Assembly: GCA_030532065.1 (NCBI GenBank) | Contig: JAUNLW010000001.1 | Location: 240,132-304,131 of the forward strand | DNA from: Eubacteriales bacterium | GTDB lineage: Bacteria > Bacillota > Clostridia > Saccharofermentanales > DTU023 | Direction: 5' to 3' | DNA length: 64,000 bases | Part shown: positions 1-9,400 of the stretch, piece after piece | Layout of the letters: every line of letters starts with the position of its first letter | Position numbering within the stretch: position 1 is the first letter of the stretch | The notes under the pieces: generated by a model | Seen by the model: only the letters and a program-made list of their open reading frames with translations | Told to the model about the DNA's origin: nothing | Databases searched by the model: none | Program-made: the position numbers and the translations under genes

Positions 1-404
1 TATCCCTTGCATTAAATCCGCTTTTCCTGCACATCTACATTAATGTAATGGGTAAGGGCCTGGTTGGTATCGGTATGGCTCACGCGTCTTACAGTGTAGT
101 GAATGCCATCCTGGTCTTTATTCTCTACCGCTGGCACCGACCCGCCATGCGGCCCTATCGTCTTTTGCCATTTATCATACGAGTCGCGATGTGCACGCTG
201 ACTTCAGCCTTGGTCTTCCATAGTCTGCAGCAGATACCGCTTTTCCCACAAAATAAAATTGTCCAGCTTGTTTTCTTTGGCCTAAAGTTTATGGCAGGTT
301 TAGCCACTTACTATATAACCGGTATTGCAGTTGGGCTAAGAGAAGCCGTAAAACTGCAAGCCAGCCTGCGCCGTGCCCTTGGCTTGCCGAAGTTGGCTGA
401 CTAG
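1..404 (+). CDS. C-terminal fragment of a MurJ/MviN/SpoVB-type (MOP superfamily) polytopic flippase; the 5' end lies outside the window
   Basis: The frame is open from base 3 to the stop at 402-404. It has hydrophobic helices (GIGMAHASYSVVNAILVFILY, LVFFGLKFMAGLATYYITGIAV) and a short basic tail. The family call is by eye only. Confidence 0.4.
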   Translation, partial: SLALNPLFLHIYINVMGKGLVGIGMAHASYSVVNAILVFILYRWHRPAMRPYRLLPFIIRVAMCTLTSALVFHSLQQIPLFPQNKIVQLVFFGLKFMAGLATYYITGIAVGLREAVKLQASLRRALGLPKLAD

Positions 405-419
405 TGAGTAGAATCAAAT

Positions 420-1907
420 TTAAAATTCGCGTGTTTTGGGCTTTGTGACTGCCTTGCGCCTTGCCGCGCTGTTGGTTTGAGGTTTATTAGAACGCTCTTG
501 AGGCTTGGCCTTGTTTTTTCTGGCAGAGCCTTTATTTTCCTGGCGTTTGTTATTTGTCTGCTTACGGCGTTTGTGGCTTTGTGAACGACTGGGGCCACTA
601 TTGGAACGGCGAGCGCGGTTAACACGACCGGCCCGATGTGGGTTATAGCGGTCTTCTGCCGATACTTCTTTAAGATAGGTTGACTGCGCTCTGATGCGCG
701 CAGCAACCTCCTGCTCCAGTTCTTTGCTGATAAATTGAGTTTCAGATCGCGGGCGTTCCCAAGCCTGCCGTTCAGGATTGATGTGTAAATTCCGGCAGAA
801 TTTGTCAAAAGCAGCCTCTTCTCCTGGTGCCACAAAGGAGACGGCAATACCGCGATTGCCCGCTCGGCCGGTCCGGCCAATACGGTGGGTATAGTTTTCC
901 AAGTCTAGAGGCAGATCGTAGTTGAAAACAATATCGACATCGTCTACATCCAATCCACGAGCAGCTACATCAGTTGCGACCAGAAAATCCAGCTTGCAAC
1001 CGTGGAAGTCCTGCATCACGCGATTGCGCTTAGATTGAGGCAGATCACCTTGCAAAGACGCGGCACGGAAACCCTGGTCTTGCAGTTTGGTTGCCGTAAT
1101 ATCGGCAGATTGTTTCGTGTTAACGAAGATCAGGCCTTTTTGGCTGGCAAATTTCTTGCTTAGATCCACGATGGCCTCAATTCTCTCAGCTCCATTGGCC
1201 ATTACATAAAGCTCATGTATATCCGGTTTGTCTTCCGCAATGGCAGCAACTTTAATTTCCACTGCCTGCTTCTGATAGAGCCAGGAGATATCCATAACTT
1301 CGCGTGAGAGCGTGGCCGTAAAGAGCCCCATCTGCGCGCCACTCTGTACTTGTTTGAGAATATACTTAACGTCATCGATAAAGCCCATATCCAACATGCG
1401 ATCGGCTTCATCTAACACCACAAAGCTTACTTGCTCCAGGCTGAGATTGTGACGTTTGAGATGGTCGATCAGGCGACCCGGCGTGGCAATAATCAGCTGA
1501 GGCTTTGCGCGCAGCCGATTGATCTGCTCCTTCATGCGAGCGCCGCCGTAGATAGCGAGACTACTGATCTCAGGTAGCCTTTTGGTAAGCAGGAAAATAT
1601 CATCTTCTATCTGACGCACTAATTCTCTGGTAGGGGCCAGGACCAGTCCCTGGGTCGCTTGCTTATCAGGATCTATTTTCTCAATCAAAGGGATGCCGAA
1701 GGCAAAAGTCTTACCGGTGCCGGTAGGAGCTTCCGCGATAACATCGCGTCCTGCCAACATAGCTGGTATGGCCTGTTCCTGTACACTGGTACAATAATGT
1801 ATATTTTTGGTGGCTAAAGCAGCCACAATCTCGGGATCAATGCCGAGTTCAGAAAAGCTAAGCTCTGTATTTAAATTATCCAAAAGGAACCTCCCTTGCT
1901 TATGCAA
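420..1907 (-). CDS. DEAD-box ATP-dependent RNA helicase with a basic Arg/Lys-rich C-terminal tail
   Basis: Motif I is AEAPTGTGKT, motif II is VLDEADRMLDMGF, the motif III variant is TAT, and motif VI is HRIGRTGRAG. The last ~90 aa are a K/R/N/S-rich low-complexity tail. Confidence 0.92.
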   Translation of the reverse strand: MHKQGRFLLDNLNTELSFSELGIDPEIVAALATKNIHYCTSVQEQAIPAMLAGRDVIAEAPTGTGKTFAFGIPLIEKIDPDKQATQGLVLAPTRELVRQIEDDIFLLTKRLPEISSLAIYGGARMKEQINRLRAKPQLIIATPGRLIDHLKRHNLSLEQVSFVVLDEADRMLDMGFIDDVKYILKQVQSGAQMGLFTATLSREVMDISWLYQKQAVEIKVAAIAEDKPDIHELYVMANGAERIEAIVDLSKKFASQKGLIFVNTKQSADITATKLQDQGFRAASLQGDLPQSKRNRVMQDFHGCKLDFLVATDVAARGLDVDDVDIVFNYDLPLDLENYTHRIGRTGRAGNRGIAVSFVAPGEEAAFDKFCRNLHINPERQAWERPRSETQFISKELEQEVAARIRAQSTYLKEVSAEDRYNPHRAGRVNRARRSNSGPSRSQSHKRRKQTNNKRQENKGSARKNKAKPQERSNKPQTNSAARRKAVTKPKTREF

Positions 1908-2033
1908 CTGCTTAATTTTACCATGAATGCGTATCAGAGGCGGTTTGGCTGTACTTTAGATACTGTAGCGCTTAACTTAGATGCTATAATGGCTGATAAT
2001 ATATAGGCCAATTGAGCCATAGGAGTAGCAAAT

Positions 2034-3308
2034 ATTTATAACACAACTGATAATACACCAGATAAGGCTATTCTCTTATCTCTTTATATTACGGACGGAT
2101 CCAGCTCGGAAGCAGAGGTCGAAGCCTCTTTGGAAGAGCTGGTTGACTTGTGCGAGGCCTGCGGTATAGAGGTAGTAGCCAAAGATATGCAGAAGCGCCC
2201 GGCGCCTGACGCCGCTACGGCGGCAGGGCAAGGCAAGATCAGCGAGTTGGGGCATATGGCTAAATCACTGGGAGCAAATACTCTGGTATTCGATGGTAAG
2301 CTGTCTGGCAGCCAGATGGCCAATATCGCAGAGTTGTCGGAGCTCAAAGTCCTGGACCGTACCCTGCTTATTTTGGATATCTTTGCTCGCCGTGCCAGTA
2401 CCAGTGAAGGCGTATTGCAGGTGGAGATCGCTCAACTGCGTGACCGCTTGACTCGTCTGGCCGGTTCCGGCGAGGCCCTGTCTCGGCTGGGCGGCGGTAT
2501 TGGTACCAGAGGACCAGGCGAGAGTAAGCTGGAGAGCGATCGACGCCATATCCAGAGACGGATCACTGTGTTGCGTAAGAAACTTAAAGAACTTGAATTA
2601 AGAAGAGACTTGGTCAGGCGGCGCAGAGGAGAACGAGAGGCAATCAATATCGCAGTGTGCGGTTACACCAACGCCGGTAAAAGTAGTTTGATCAACGCTC
2701 TTTGTGATACAGACTTGCAGGCCTTTGACCAGGTATTTGCTACCTTGGACCCACGAGCCAGACGCCTGCCCATAGAAGGTCCGGAGATACTCTTGTCGGA
2801 TACGGTCGGCTTTATCCGCAAACTGCCTCATGAGTTGGTTGAGTCTTTCCGTTCTACCTTAGATGAGATCCGCTATGCTGACCTCATTATTCAGGTTACC
2901 GATATTTCCGATCCCGATGCTGCTAATGCCTGCGCGGTAGTAGAGGACACCCTGAAAGAACTGAAAGCAGACCAAAAACCACGGCTCCATGTCTTCAATA
3001 AGATGGACCTCTTAAGTCCTCGCGCCAGAGAAGTTCTGCTCTTCCGTCCGCGCCCACCGGAGAATGTTAAAGAGTGCTTTGTTTCAGTGGCTGATGGCTA
3101 CGGTATGGACGATCTGCGACAAACTTTGCTGGACTTGATTTCTCAGAAATGGTCTACTCTGGAAGAAGTCTTACTTCATCAGGAGCAGGCTAAATTAGAA
3201 GCTATCCGTCAGAGTGGTTGGATCAAATCACTCAGCTATGAAGATGACGGTATTCATATTAAATATAAAGCGCCTCAAGCTACGCTGGATCGCTTGGCCA
3301 AAATGTAG
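2034..3308 (+). CDS. hflX: GTPase HflX. The 5' end is uncertain: ATT at 2034 is proposed, and the first canonical codon is TTG at 2130.
   Basis: G1 is GYTNAGKSSL, G3 is DTVGF and G4 is NKMD. The HflX N-domain sequence KAILLSLY...SLEELVDLCEACGIEVV begins at 2064, upstream of any ATG/GTG/TTG. An AGGAG at 2021-2025 lies 8 nt before ATT 2034. Confidence 0.85.
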   Translation: MYNTTDNTPDKAILLSLYITDGSSSEAEVEASLEELVDLCEACGIEVVAKDMQKRPAPDAATAAGQGKISELGHMAKSLGANTLVFDGKLSGSQMANIAELSELKVLDRTLLILDIFARRASTSEGVLQVEIAQLRDRLTRLAGSGEALSRLGGGIGTRGPGESKLESDRRHIQRRITVLRKKLKELELRRDLVRRRRGEREAINIAVCGYTNAGKSSLINALCDTDLQAFDQVFATLDPRARRLPIEGPEILLSDTVGFIRKLPHELVESFRSTLDEIRYADLIIQVTDISDPDAANACAVVEDTLKELKADQKPRLHVFNKMDLLSPRAREVLLFRPRPPENVKECFVSVADGYGMDDLRQTLLDLISQKWSTLEEVLLHQEQAKLEAIRQSGWIKSLSYEDDGIHIKYKAPQATLDRLAKM

Positions 3309-3322
3309 TAAGGAGTGTACTT

Positions 3323-6022
3323 ATGCAAATAATGCAAGGGAAAAGATATTTTGACGCTCCCCCAGTTTATGAGCTCAGAGATATAGTTGCGCGTGGTAAA
3401 GAAATATATCCCGATCGCAATGCCATAGTTTATCGGGACCATGGTAGAGGTGATCCTGTTTATGTCACTTACAGCGAGCTATACGATAAAGTGCAGGCCT
3501 TTAAAGAAGCCCTGCTTCACCTGGGCTTGCGCCAGGAGAAGATCTCTCTGGTGGGCGCTAACAGCTTTCACTGGATGTTGTCTTATTTGACTATCGTGGA
3601 CCAGGTGGGCGTGGTTTGTCCGTTAGATGCCATGCTGACTGGACCGGAACTACTCCAACTTTTGCTGCGGAGTCGTTCGCGCGCTCTCTTGGCCGATATG
3701 AAGAGCCTGGAAGCTCTGGCGGACCAGATGGTTGATGCCGACATGGTTGAGCACTGGATCCTGATCAACTACGACCCCAAACGTGAAAAAGAGAATATGG
3801 AGAAATTCCGCGAACACGTAAGTGAGCTGGGCGCAAATTTTTACCTGTTAGAAGATCTTATTTCCATGGGGCAGGAACGGCTGGATCGTGGTGAAAGGAG
3901 TGAAGTCTGGCCCATTACCAGCGACGAGATGGCGGTACTGCTTTTTACTTCCGGAACCACGTCGGAATCTAAGGCAGTCATGCTCTCCAATGCCAATATT
4001 ACGGCAGACGTCAGGGCGCTTTTGGAAACGGTTGGCTTTAAAGACCCATTGAGAACGCTTTCACTCTTGCCCCTACACCACACTTTTGAGCTGACTTGCG
4101 GCTTTCTCAGTGTTCTGTCTTTGGGAGGCCAGATCCATATTTGTGACGGCCTGCGCTATATCGGAAAAAATATTGAGGAATACAAAGTGCACATGGTCAT
4201 TGGTGTGCCCAAAGTATTTGAGGCGATTTATAAACGAATCCAACAAAATATCGACCGCAGCGGTCAGCGCAAGAGCTTTAAACGTGGCTTGAGGTTATCC
4301 AAATTCCTGCTCTTCTTTGGTGTTGATAAGCGAAGAGAAATCTTCTCTGCTATCTTGGATGGCTTAGGCGGTAATTTCTATGTAGCTATTTCCGGAGCTG
4401 CGGCCTTGGATAAAGAGATTATTGATTTCTTCTACAATATTGGTATCGAGATTCTGCAGGGTTATGGCCTGACAGAAACTGCGCCGGTTATTTGTGGCTG
4501 TAATACTCAGTACAACGTGCGCGGTTCTTGTGGACAACCTCTTTCTGGCGTTACCTTAGCCATAGACGCAGATCATCCTGGGGTACCGGGAGAAATTCTG
4601 GCCCAGGGCGATATGGTCATGCTGGGCTACTACCAGAATGAGGAGGCTACCAAAGACTCCTTTGCCTCTGATGGCTGGTTTAAGACTGGCGATATCGGCT
4701 ACTTCGACAAGAAAAAGAAGGTGCTGTATCTCACTGGAAGAGCCAAGTCCATGATTGTCTTGCCTTCTGGCAAGAAAGTCTTCCCAGAGGAACTAGAAAG
4801 TTTGCTTAACGCCAATGAGATAGTGAAGGATTCATTGGTCTTCGGTCAGAACTCCGACAAGGGAGATGTGGTAATTACGGCTAAGATCGTTCTGGACCAG
4901 GATAAGCTTGCCGAAGAGAATATCTCTGACGAGAGTCTGGCTGAAACTTTGGATGAATATATTAGAGAAATAAACCGCGATTTACCCAGCTTCAAAGGTA
5001 TCCGCTCTTATGCCTACAGTTTCCAGGATATGGTCAAGACAACCACGCTAAAAGTCAAACGCCATGTGGAAACAGAACGGATTAAGAATTTACTGCAAAG
5101 AGAAAAATTAGGCTGGCGTGACTTAAATGGTGTAAATCTTGACTTGTTAGAAGCTGGACTGCAGCAGGAAAAATCAGCTGCTGACGCAGAAACAGCCAGC
5201 GCTGAGCCGGAGCTTGGTAAGGCACAACTAAGACCGACACCCGTAGACAAGTTGGCAGCATCTAGAACTACGCTTAATGTTGCGGCAGGCTTAGACTGGG
5301 ATCAGCTGGAAACCCAGGATATTTACCTGGCAAAAGTTGAGAGTGTAGCTGCCTATGACCGAGAGTTAAGACGACTCAAGCGAGAACTGGATGAGGAGTT
5401 GGCTATTGATATCTTGCGTCAGGGCCAAGAAGAAGACCTGATCTACATGAAGGAAAATGAGGAGCGTAAGACGCTGCAAAGCCAATACCAGGACAATATC
5501 GAGCACCTGCACGAGGAGTACAGACAAAAATTACTGTCTTTCCGCTCCAAGAATGAAGATGAGAATCTGCAAAAGAAAAACCTATACCAGCAGAGCAACA
5601 ATGCCCTTATCAAAGACTTCTTCCGTGATTTGGGAGAATTTAATCAACATCTGCCTGAACATAAGAGTATGACAAAAGAAGAGAAGCAGCAGCGCAAACA
5701 GGCAGAGAAAGCATTGAAAGCCAGCCTTAAGGCTAACGCCGCCGCGGATAAGAGACAGCGTAAGGCCTTCAAAAAGCAGCTTAAAGATCAGCACAAACTC
5801 TTTGAGTCTCAGATTAAGCAACGCAAAATAGAGCGTCAGGGCCGTTATAAGGCTTATCAAAAAGAACTGAAGCAGCGCCGTGAATCAGACCAGAATCAGT
5901 ATGAAGAGCTCAATCGGGACATTAACAAGGCTCTGAGCGCTAACCGTCAGCTGAATCAGGAACTGCGTAAAGAACAGTCTGACCTGCTTAAGCATATTAA
6001 AGAAAAAAATCGGCAGTATTAA
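3323..6022 (+). CDS. AMP-dependent long-chain acyl-CoA (or acyl-ACP) synthetase fused to a ~300-aa charged coiled-coil C-terminal extension
   Basis: AMP-binding motifs are LLFTSGTTSESKAV, GYGLTETAP and WFKTGDIGY, and an SD TAAGGAG precedes the ATG. Residues ~600-899 are K/E/Q/R-rich heptad-like sequence. Confidence 0.8.
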   Translation: MQIMQGKRYFDAPPVYELRDIVARGKEIYPDRNAIVYRDHGRGDPVYVTYSELYDKVQAFKEALLHLGLRQEKISLVGANSFHWMLSYLTIVDQVGVVCPLDAMLTGPELLQLLLRSRSRALLADMKSLEALADQMVDADMVEHWILINYDPKREKENMEKFREHVSELGANFYLLEDLISMGQERLDRGERSEVWPITSDEMAVLLFTSGTTSESKAVMLSNANITADVRALLETVGFKDPLRTLSLLPLHHTFELTCGFLSVLSLGGQIHICDGLRYIGKNIEEYKVHMVIGVPKVFEAIYKRIQQNIDRSGQRKSFKRGLRLSKFLLFFGVDKRREIFSAILDGLGGNFYVAISGAAALDKEIIDFFYNIGIEILQGYGLTETAPVICGCNTQYNVRGSCGQPLSGVTLAIDADHPGVPGEILAQGDMVMLGYYQNEEATKDSFASDGWFKTGDIGYFDKKKKVLYLTGRAKSMIVLPSGKKVFPEELESLLNANEIVKDSLVFGQNSDKGDVVITAKIVLDQDKLAEENISDESLAETLDEYIREINRDLPSFKGIRSYAYSFQDMVKTTTLKVKRHVETERIKNLLQREKLGWRDLNGVNLDLLEAGLQQEKSAADAETASAEPELGKAQLRPTPVDKLAASRTTLNVAAGLDWDQLETQDIYLAKVESVAAYDRELRRLKRELDEELAIDILRQGQEEDLIYMKENEERKTLQSQYQDNIEHLHEEYRQKLLSFRSKNEDENLQKKNLYQQSNNALIKDFFRDLGEFNQHLPEHKSMTKEEKQQRKQAEKALKASLKANAAADKRQRKAFKKQLKDQHKLFESQIKQRKIERQGRYKAYQKELKQRRESDQNQYEELNRDINKALSANRQLNQELRKEQSDLLKHIKEKNRQY

Positions 6023-6070
6023 GCACTACTGCTGATTGACTTTGCTAAATTTTCGGAGGGAAGTAGATGA

Positions 6071-6811
6071 CTAGTAGCCAAGTTCTGACTGCCATTCTTG
6101 GAACTTTTGCTCTAAGGCAGCATTTAGCTCCTTGGCGTCATCAAAATCGCCACCCTCTATACAAGTAGCAAAATAGAGGGTCAGATTCTTAGGATGACCT
6201 TTCTTGTCGCGGAAACGCGGTAGTTTCTGGCCGGGAGGCCAGATATCGTGGCCGCCCTTAATATAAACAGGTAAAATAGGAGCCTTGTATTTATAACCTA
6301 AATAAGCTGCTCCGGATTCAAAATGGCCTAGCTTGCCATTACGGCTACGCGTTCCCTCTGGATGGATAAGGATGTTGTTACCTTCGGCCATGGCATTCTT
6401 AGCGATAATGAGGCTACGAACAGCGCCTTTGCCTTTGCGGTCCACTGGTATACCTCTGGCTGCAACGGTCATTAGCTTACCTATGAGTCCGTAATCGGTC
6501 TTGAGGTCAGCGCCGATCAAGGCACAAGTACGGTCGCAGTGGTCGGGAGGAAGAGACTTTAAAATCCAAACGGCATCAATAAAGGTAACGTGGTTGGCGA
6601 TGATCACATAGGGACGATCTTGAGGGATATGCTCTCTTCCGATGATCTGCCAGTTAGCGCGTCTCCGAGTCAAGTTAGCCACAAAGTTAAGCAGCCAATT
6701 CCCGAAATAGGTGCGTGGACCAGGAATGTGGGAATGAGCCAACCGCTCATTCCTCTCTTTGGCTTTTGCTTTTCTTTCACTGTAAGCTTGCAGGCTATCT
6801 CTATCTTCCAT
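6071..6811 (-). CDS. 1-acyl-sn-glycerol-3-phosphate acyltransferase family (PlsC-like)
   Basis: It carries the HX4D motif NHVTFID and the PEGTRS block. It lies 7 nt downstream of tadA on the same strand. Confidence 0.8.
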   Translation of the reverse strand: MEDRDSLQAYSERKAKAKERNERLAHSHIPGPRTYFGNWLLNFVANLTRRRANWQIIGREHIPQDRPYVIIANHVTFIDAVWILKSLPPDHCDRTCALIGADLKTDYGLIGKLMTVAARGIPVDRKGKGAVRSLIIAKNAMAEGNNILIHPEGTRSRNGKLGHFESGAAYLGYKYKAPILPVYIKGGHDIWPPGQKLPRFRDKKGHPKNLTLYFATCIEGGDFDDAKELNAALEQKFQEWQSELGY

Positions 6812-6817
6812 ACGTGG

Positions 6818-7384
6818 CTATACCTTTGCTTCAGGATCAGTTGATTGCTGACGTCGTTCTTGCCAGGCCTCCAAGGCGGCCAACTTGCGGGCGGCGGGAC
6901 CACCAACTTGCTTTTTCTCTAACCGTCGCTCTTGAAAAAAATCTCGCAGGAGACGGCTGGAATCCTCTGCCAGGAGGCCTTCTTCCACCAGAGGCTTAGG
7001 TCCCAGATCCAGCAGGAAGAGTTGACAGGCCGAGACTACAGCGCCGGTCTTAGCTTGCCGACAAGCAAAGACCACCCGACCGATATGGCTATTAAGAATA
7101 GCGCCGGCGCACATTGGACAGGGTTCCAGGCTTACATAAAGGGTACAGTCATCTAAATGCCACGTACCAAGTTTGTCAGCAGCCCGTCTTATGGCCAGCA
7201 TTTCGGCGTGAGCGGTTGGATCTTGTCGATAGTTCGACTCGTTTTTGGCTCGCGCGACTATTTTGCCCTCACAAATTAAGACCGCCCCCACGGGTACATC
7301 ACCCAAGTCGGCGGCAGCTCTGGCTTCTGAGAGGGCCAGTTCCATCATAGCGTTATCAAACTCGCTAAAGGTCACTGTAGTCAC
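6818..7384 (-). CDS. tadA: tRNA-specific adenosine deaminase
   Basis: The CDA zinc motifs HAEMLA and PCPMCAGA are present. There is a ~30-aa charged C-terminal extension. Confidence 0.9.
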   Translation of the reverse strand: MTTVTFSEFDNAMMELALSEARAAADLGDVPVGAVLICEGKIVARAKNESNYRQDPTAHAEMLAIRRAADKLGTWHLDDCTLYVSLEPCPMCAGAILNSHIGRVVFACRQAKTGAVVSACQLFLLDLGPKPLVEEGLLAEDSSRLLRDFFQERRLEKKQVGGPAARKLAALEAWQERRQQSTDPEAKV

Positions 7385-7401
7385 TTAAGTCCCTTTTTCT
7401 C

Positions 7402-7430
7402 TTGCAACTGGCTTAGCTTTTCCATAGAAT
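7402..7430 (+). promoter_or_regulatory. Sigma-70-type promoter for the 7524 gene
   Basis: TTGCAA (7402-7407), a 17-nt spacer, then TAGAAT (7425-7430). Confidence 0.5.
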
Positions 7431-7523
7431 AATACAACGTAACATTTTAGACAAACCAGGCGGACCACAGACCTTGTGGGGTGGGGTCCCTTGGATACTT
7501 CTATTAAAGGAGATATAAGTTTA

Positions 7524-8252
7524 ATGGCGTTGAAAGAAGGACGTTGCTATAACTGTGGTTCTATTCTCATGCTGGATCCGCAGCAGGAGAAAGGGCACTG
7601 CATCTATTGTGACGCAGTTTTTGATAACAAGCTCGCTTTTGAGATTGCGACCAATCCTCAAGGCTATGAGTTCAAAAATGAGAAGATGGAAAAATACACA
7701 GGTCCCAACCTGGATCCGACCAGTCAGACAGGTGCTATAGATGAGGACGCCCTGCATGCTGCCATTGATCATAACGCCGCCAAACGGGCACTTAAGCAGC
7801 AAGATAGCGTGGGAAAGCCCAATCTGTCTGAAGAGAGTATTCCCGAGCTCAAGGCTTCTAAGAAAGCTGTGCTGATTACTATTTTAGGTATTGTGATCTT
7901 TTTTGGCCTTTTCTTCGCCATTGCTATTCCCAAAATTAATCATCGCGAAGAAGTGCGCAAACAACTTACAGCCAACTTCATCGACGCCGAAAAACTACCA
8001 CTCACTTATGGCGAGAACTTATTGATCCGTGGTGGCGCCAACGACACTGTTGTGATGGCTTTCAAAGAAAAACCGGAGGAAGATACTGTAAGGAGCTACT
8101 GGGAGACTTATGCTCAAGAGCGCGCCAAGCTTCTTGATCTGGAAGGCGACGCTAAATATAAAGGCCTGGAAATGGAAGTTATCTCCGCTGATGGCGGTTA
8201 CCTGCTCACTTGGACTCCAGAGAATAAGTTGAGCGTCGAGCCCATACAATAA
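7524..8252 (+). CDS. Hypothetical zinc-ribbon protein with one central TM helix
   Basis: An SD AAAGGAG precedes ATG 7524; the ORF-track start at 7476 has no SD. It has a CxxC...CxxC ribbon (CYNCGS...CIYCDA) and a TM segment AVLITILGIVIFFGLFFAIAI. Confidence 0.55.
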   Translation: MALKEGRCYNCGSILMLDPQQEKGHCIYCDAVFDNKLAFEIATNPQGYEFKNEKMEKYTGPNLDPTSQTGAIDEDALHAAIDHNAAKRALKQQDSVGKPNLSEESIPELKASKKAVLITILGIVIFFGLFFAIAIPKINHREEVRKQLTANFIDAEKLPLTYGENLLIRGGANDTVVMAFKEKPEEDTVRSYWETYAQERAKLLDLEGDAKYKGLEMEVISADGGYLLTWTPENKLSVEPIQ

Positions 8253-9244
8253 TGGCTATACTCTCTGAGTTAGAGCTATTTTCCTTAGACGATCTGGAAG
8301 CGGAATTAGGAGCCAGGAGCTTTCCTGATTTTGTCGCTCGTTCTGAAGCAAGCTTTAAGACGCAGGTCAACCAGGTCATTAGTGAACTGCTGAAAAGAGA
8401 AAGCCTGGAGATGGTTTTCATTTCCGGACCTACCTCTTCCGGCAAGACGACTTTTACCAACCACCTGGTTCGCAGCCTGACCAAGCAAGGCCGCACGGCC
8501 TGCCTCCTGTCCATAGATGATTACTATTTCGAGCAGTCCACCGAGTATGACGCCTGGGGTCGACCTGATATGGAAAGCATTGATACCATAGATATGGCCT
8601 ATCTGAGACAGGATTTGGGTATCCTGGCTCAGGGCGGTGAAATTGTCATGCCGGTTTTCGACTTTAAAGAACGCAGGCGTCATATTTTACTTGAGCGTAC
8701 CTGTCGCTTACAGCCAGGTGGAGTGCTGCTGGTAGAAGGCCTGCATGCCTTATCTGACGAAGTGATTGGTACGTTAGATCCGGAAACTTATCTCACAGTA
8801 TTTATCATGCCTTATGCCCAATTTATTGAAGATAAGCGAAGCCTTTCTCCGGAAGACCTGAGAAAATTGCGCAGAATTTCTCGTGATGTAAATTATCGCA
8901 GAGCCACAGCGCTTTCAACCTTAGATTATTGGCCGGCTATCGCAAAAGAAGAAGCTGCTACCATCACAGCTTACCTGGGCCGCGCGGATTTCTATATTAA
9001 TTCCTTCCTGCCTTATGAGCTGGTGGTGATAGCCCCAGCAGCGAATCGAGCCATTCAGGACTCTCTGGTGCTTTACGAACAAGGTACCTTACCTCCCTCG
9101 GATAATGTCAAACCTGGTGTGTATTATGCTGACCTGGAAGCGGCAGTGGCAGATGCCAGACGCTTGTCTCAGGTAGCAGAACTATTGCCCAGTGTTGACA
9201 GCTCTGTAATACCGGAGGATTCTATTTTACAAGAATTCATTTAG
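8252..9244 (+). CDS. P-loop nucleoside/uridine kinase family protein
   Basis: The Walker A motif is ISGPTSSGKTTF, followed by SIDDYY as in Udk/PRK-family kinases. Its ATG overlaps the upstream stop (TAATG at 8250-8254). Confidence 0.6.
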   Translation: MAILSELELFSLDDLEAELGARSFPDFVARSEASFKTQVNQVISELLKRESLEMVFISGPTSSGKTTFTNHLVRSLTKQGRTACLLSIDDYYFEQSTEYDAWGRPDMESIDTIDMAYLRQDLGILAQGGEIVMPVFDFKERRRHILLERTCRLQPGGVLLVEGLHALSDEVIGTLDPETYLTVFIMPYAQFIEDKRSLSPEDLRKLRRISRDVNYRRATALSTLDYWPAIAKEEAATITAYLGRADFYINSFLPYELVVIAPAANRAIQDSLVLYEQGTLPPSDNVKPGVYYADLEAAVADARRLSQVAELLPSVDSSVIPEDSILQEFI

Positions 9245-9400
9245 GGCCGCTCTGGGGCCGGGTACCCGTTGTTACAGTGTTTTTGGGCGGGTATCGATAT
9301 ACTTCAAACAACAAGTAGCTAGGAGAAGCGGAACGGTAACAAGAGACCGCAGAGCTTCCTGGAGCGTAAATATTAGACATTTATTTAGGAGGAAAGAAAA

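Noticed and set aside
401-880. Many 60-210-aa ORFs in the track lie antisense to, or out of frame with, strong CDS (e.g. 401-880, 31669-32298, 39835-40398, 59726-60118, 12335-12769).
   Set aside because: They sit entirely inside genes with unmistakable conserved motifs. They have no SD or promoter, and their translations are low-complexity (Ser/Arg/Leu-rich), which is typical of the reverse complement of coding sequence.
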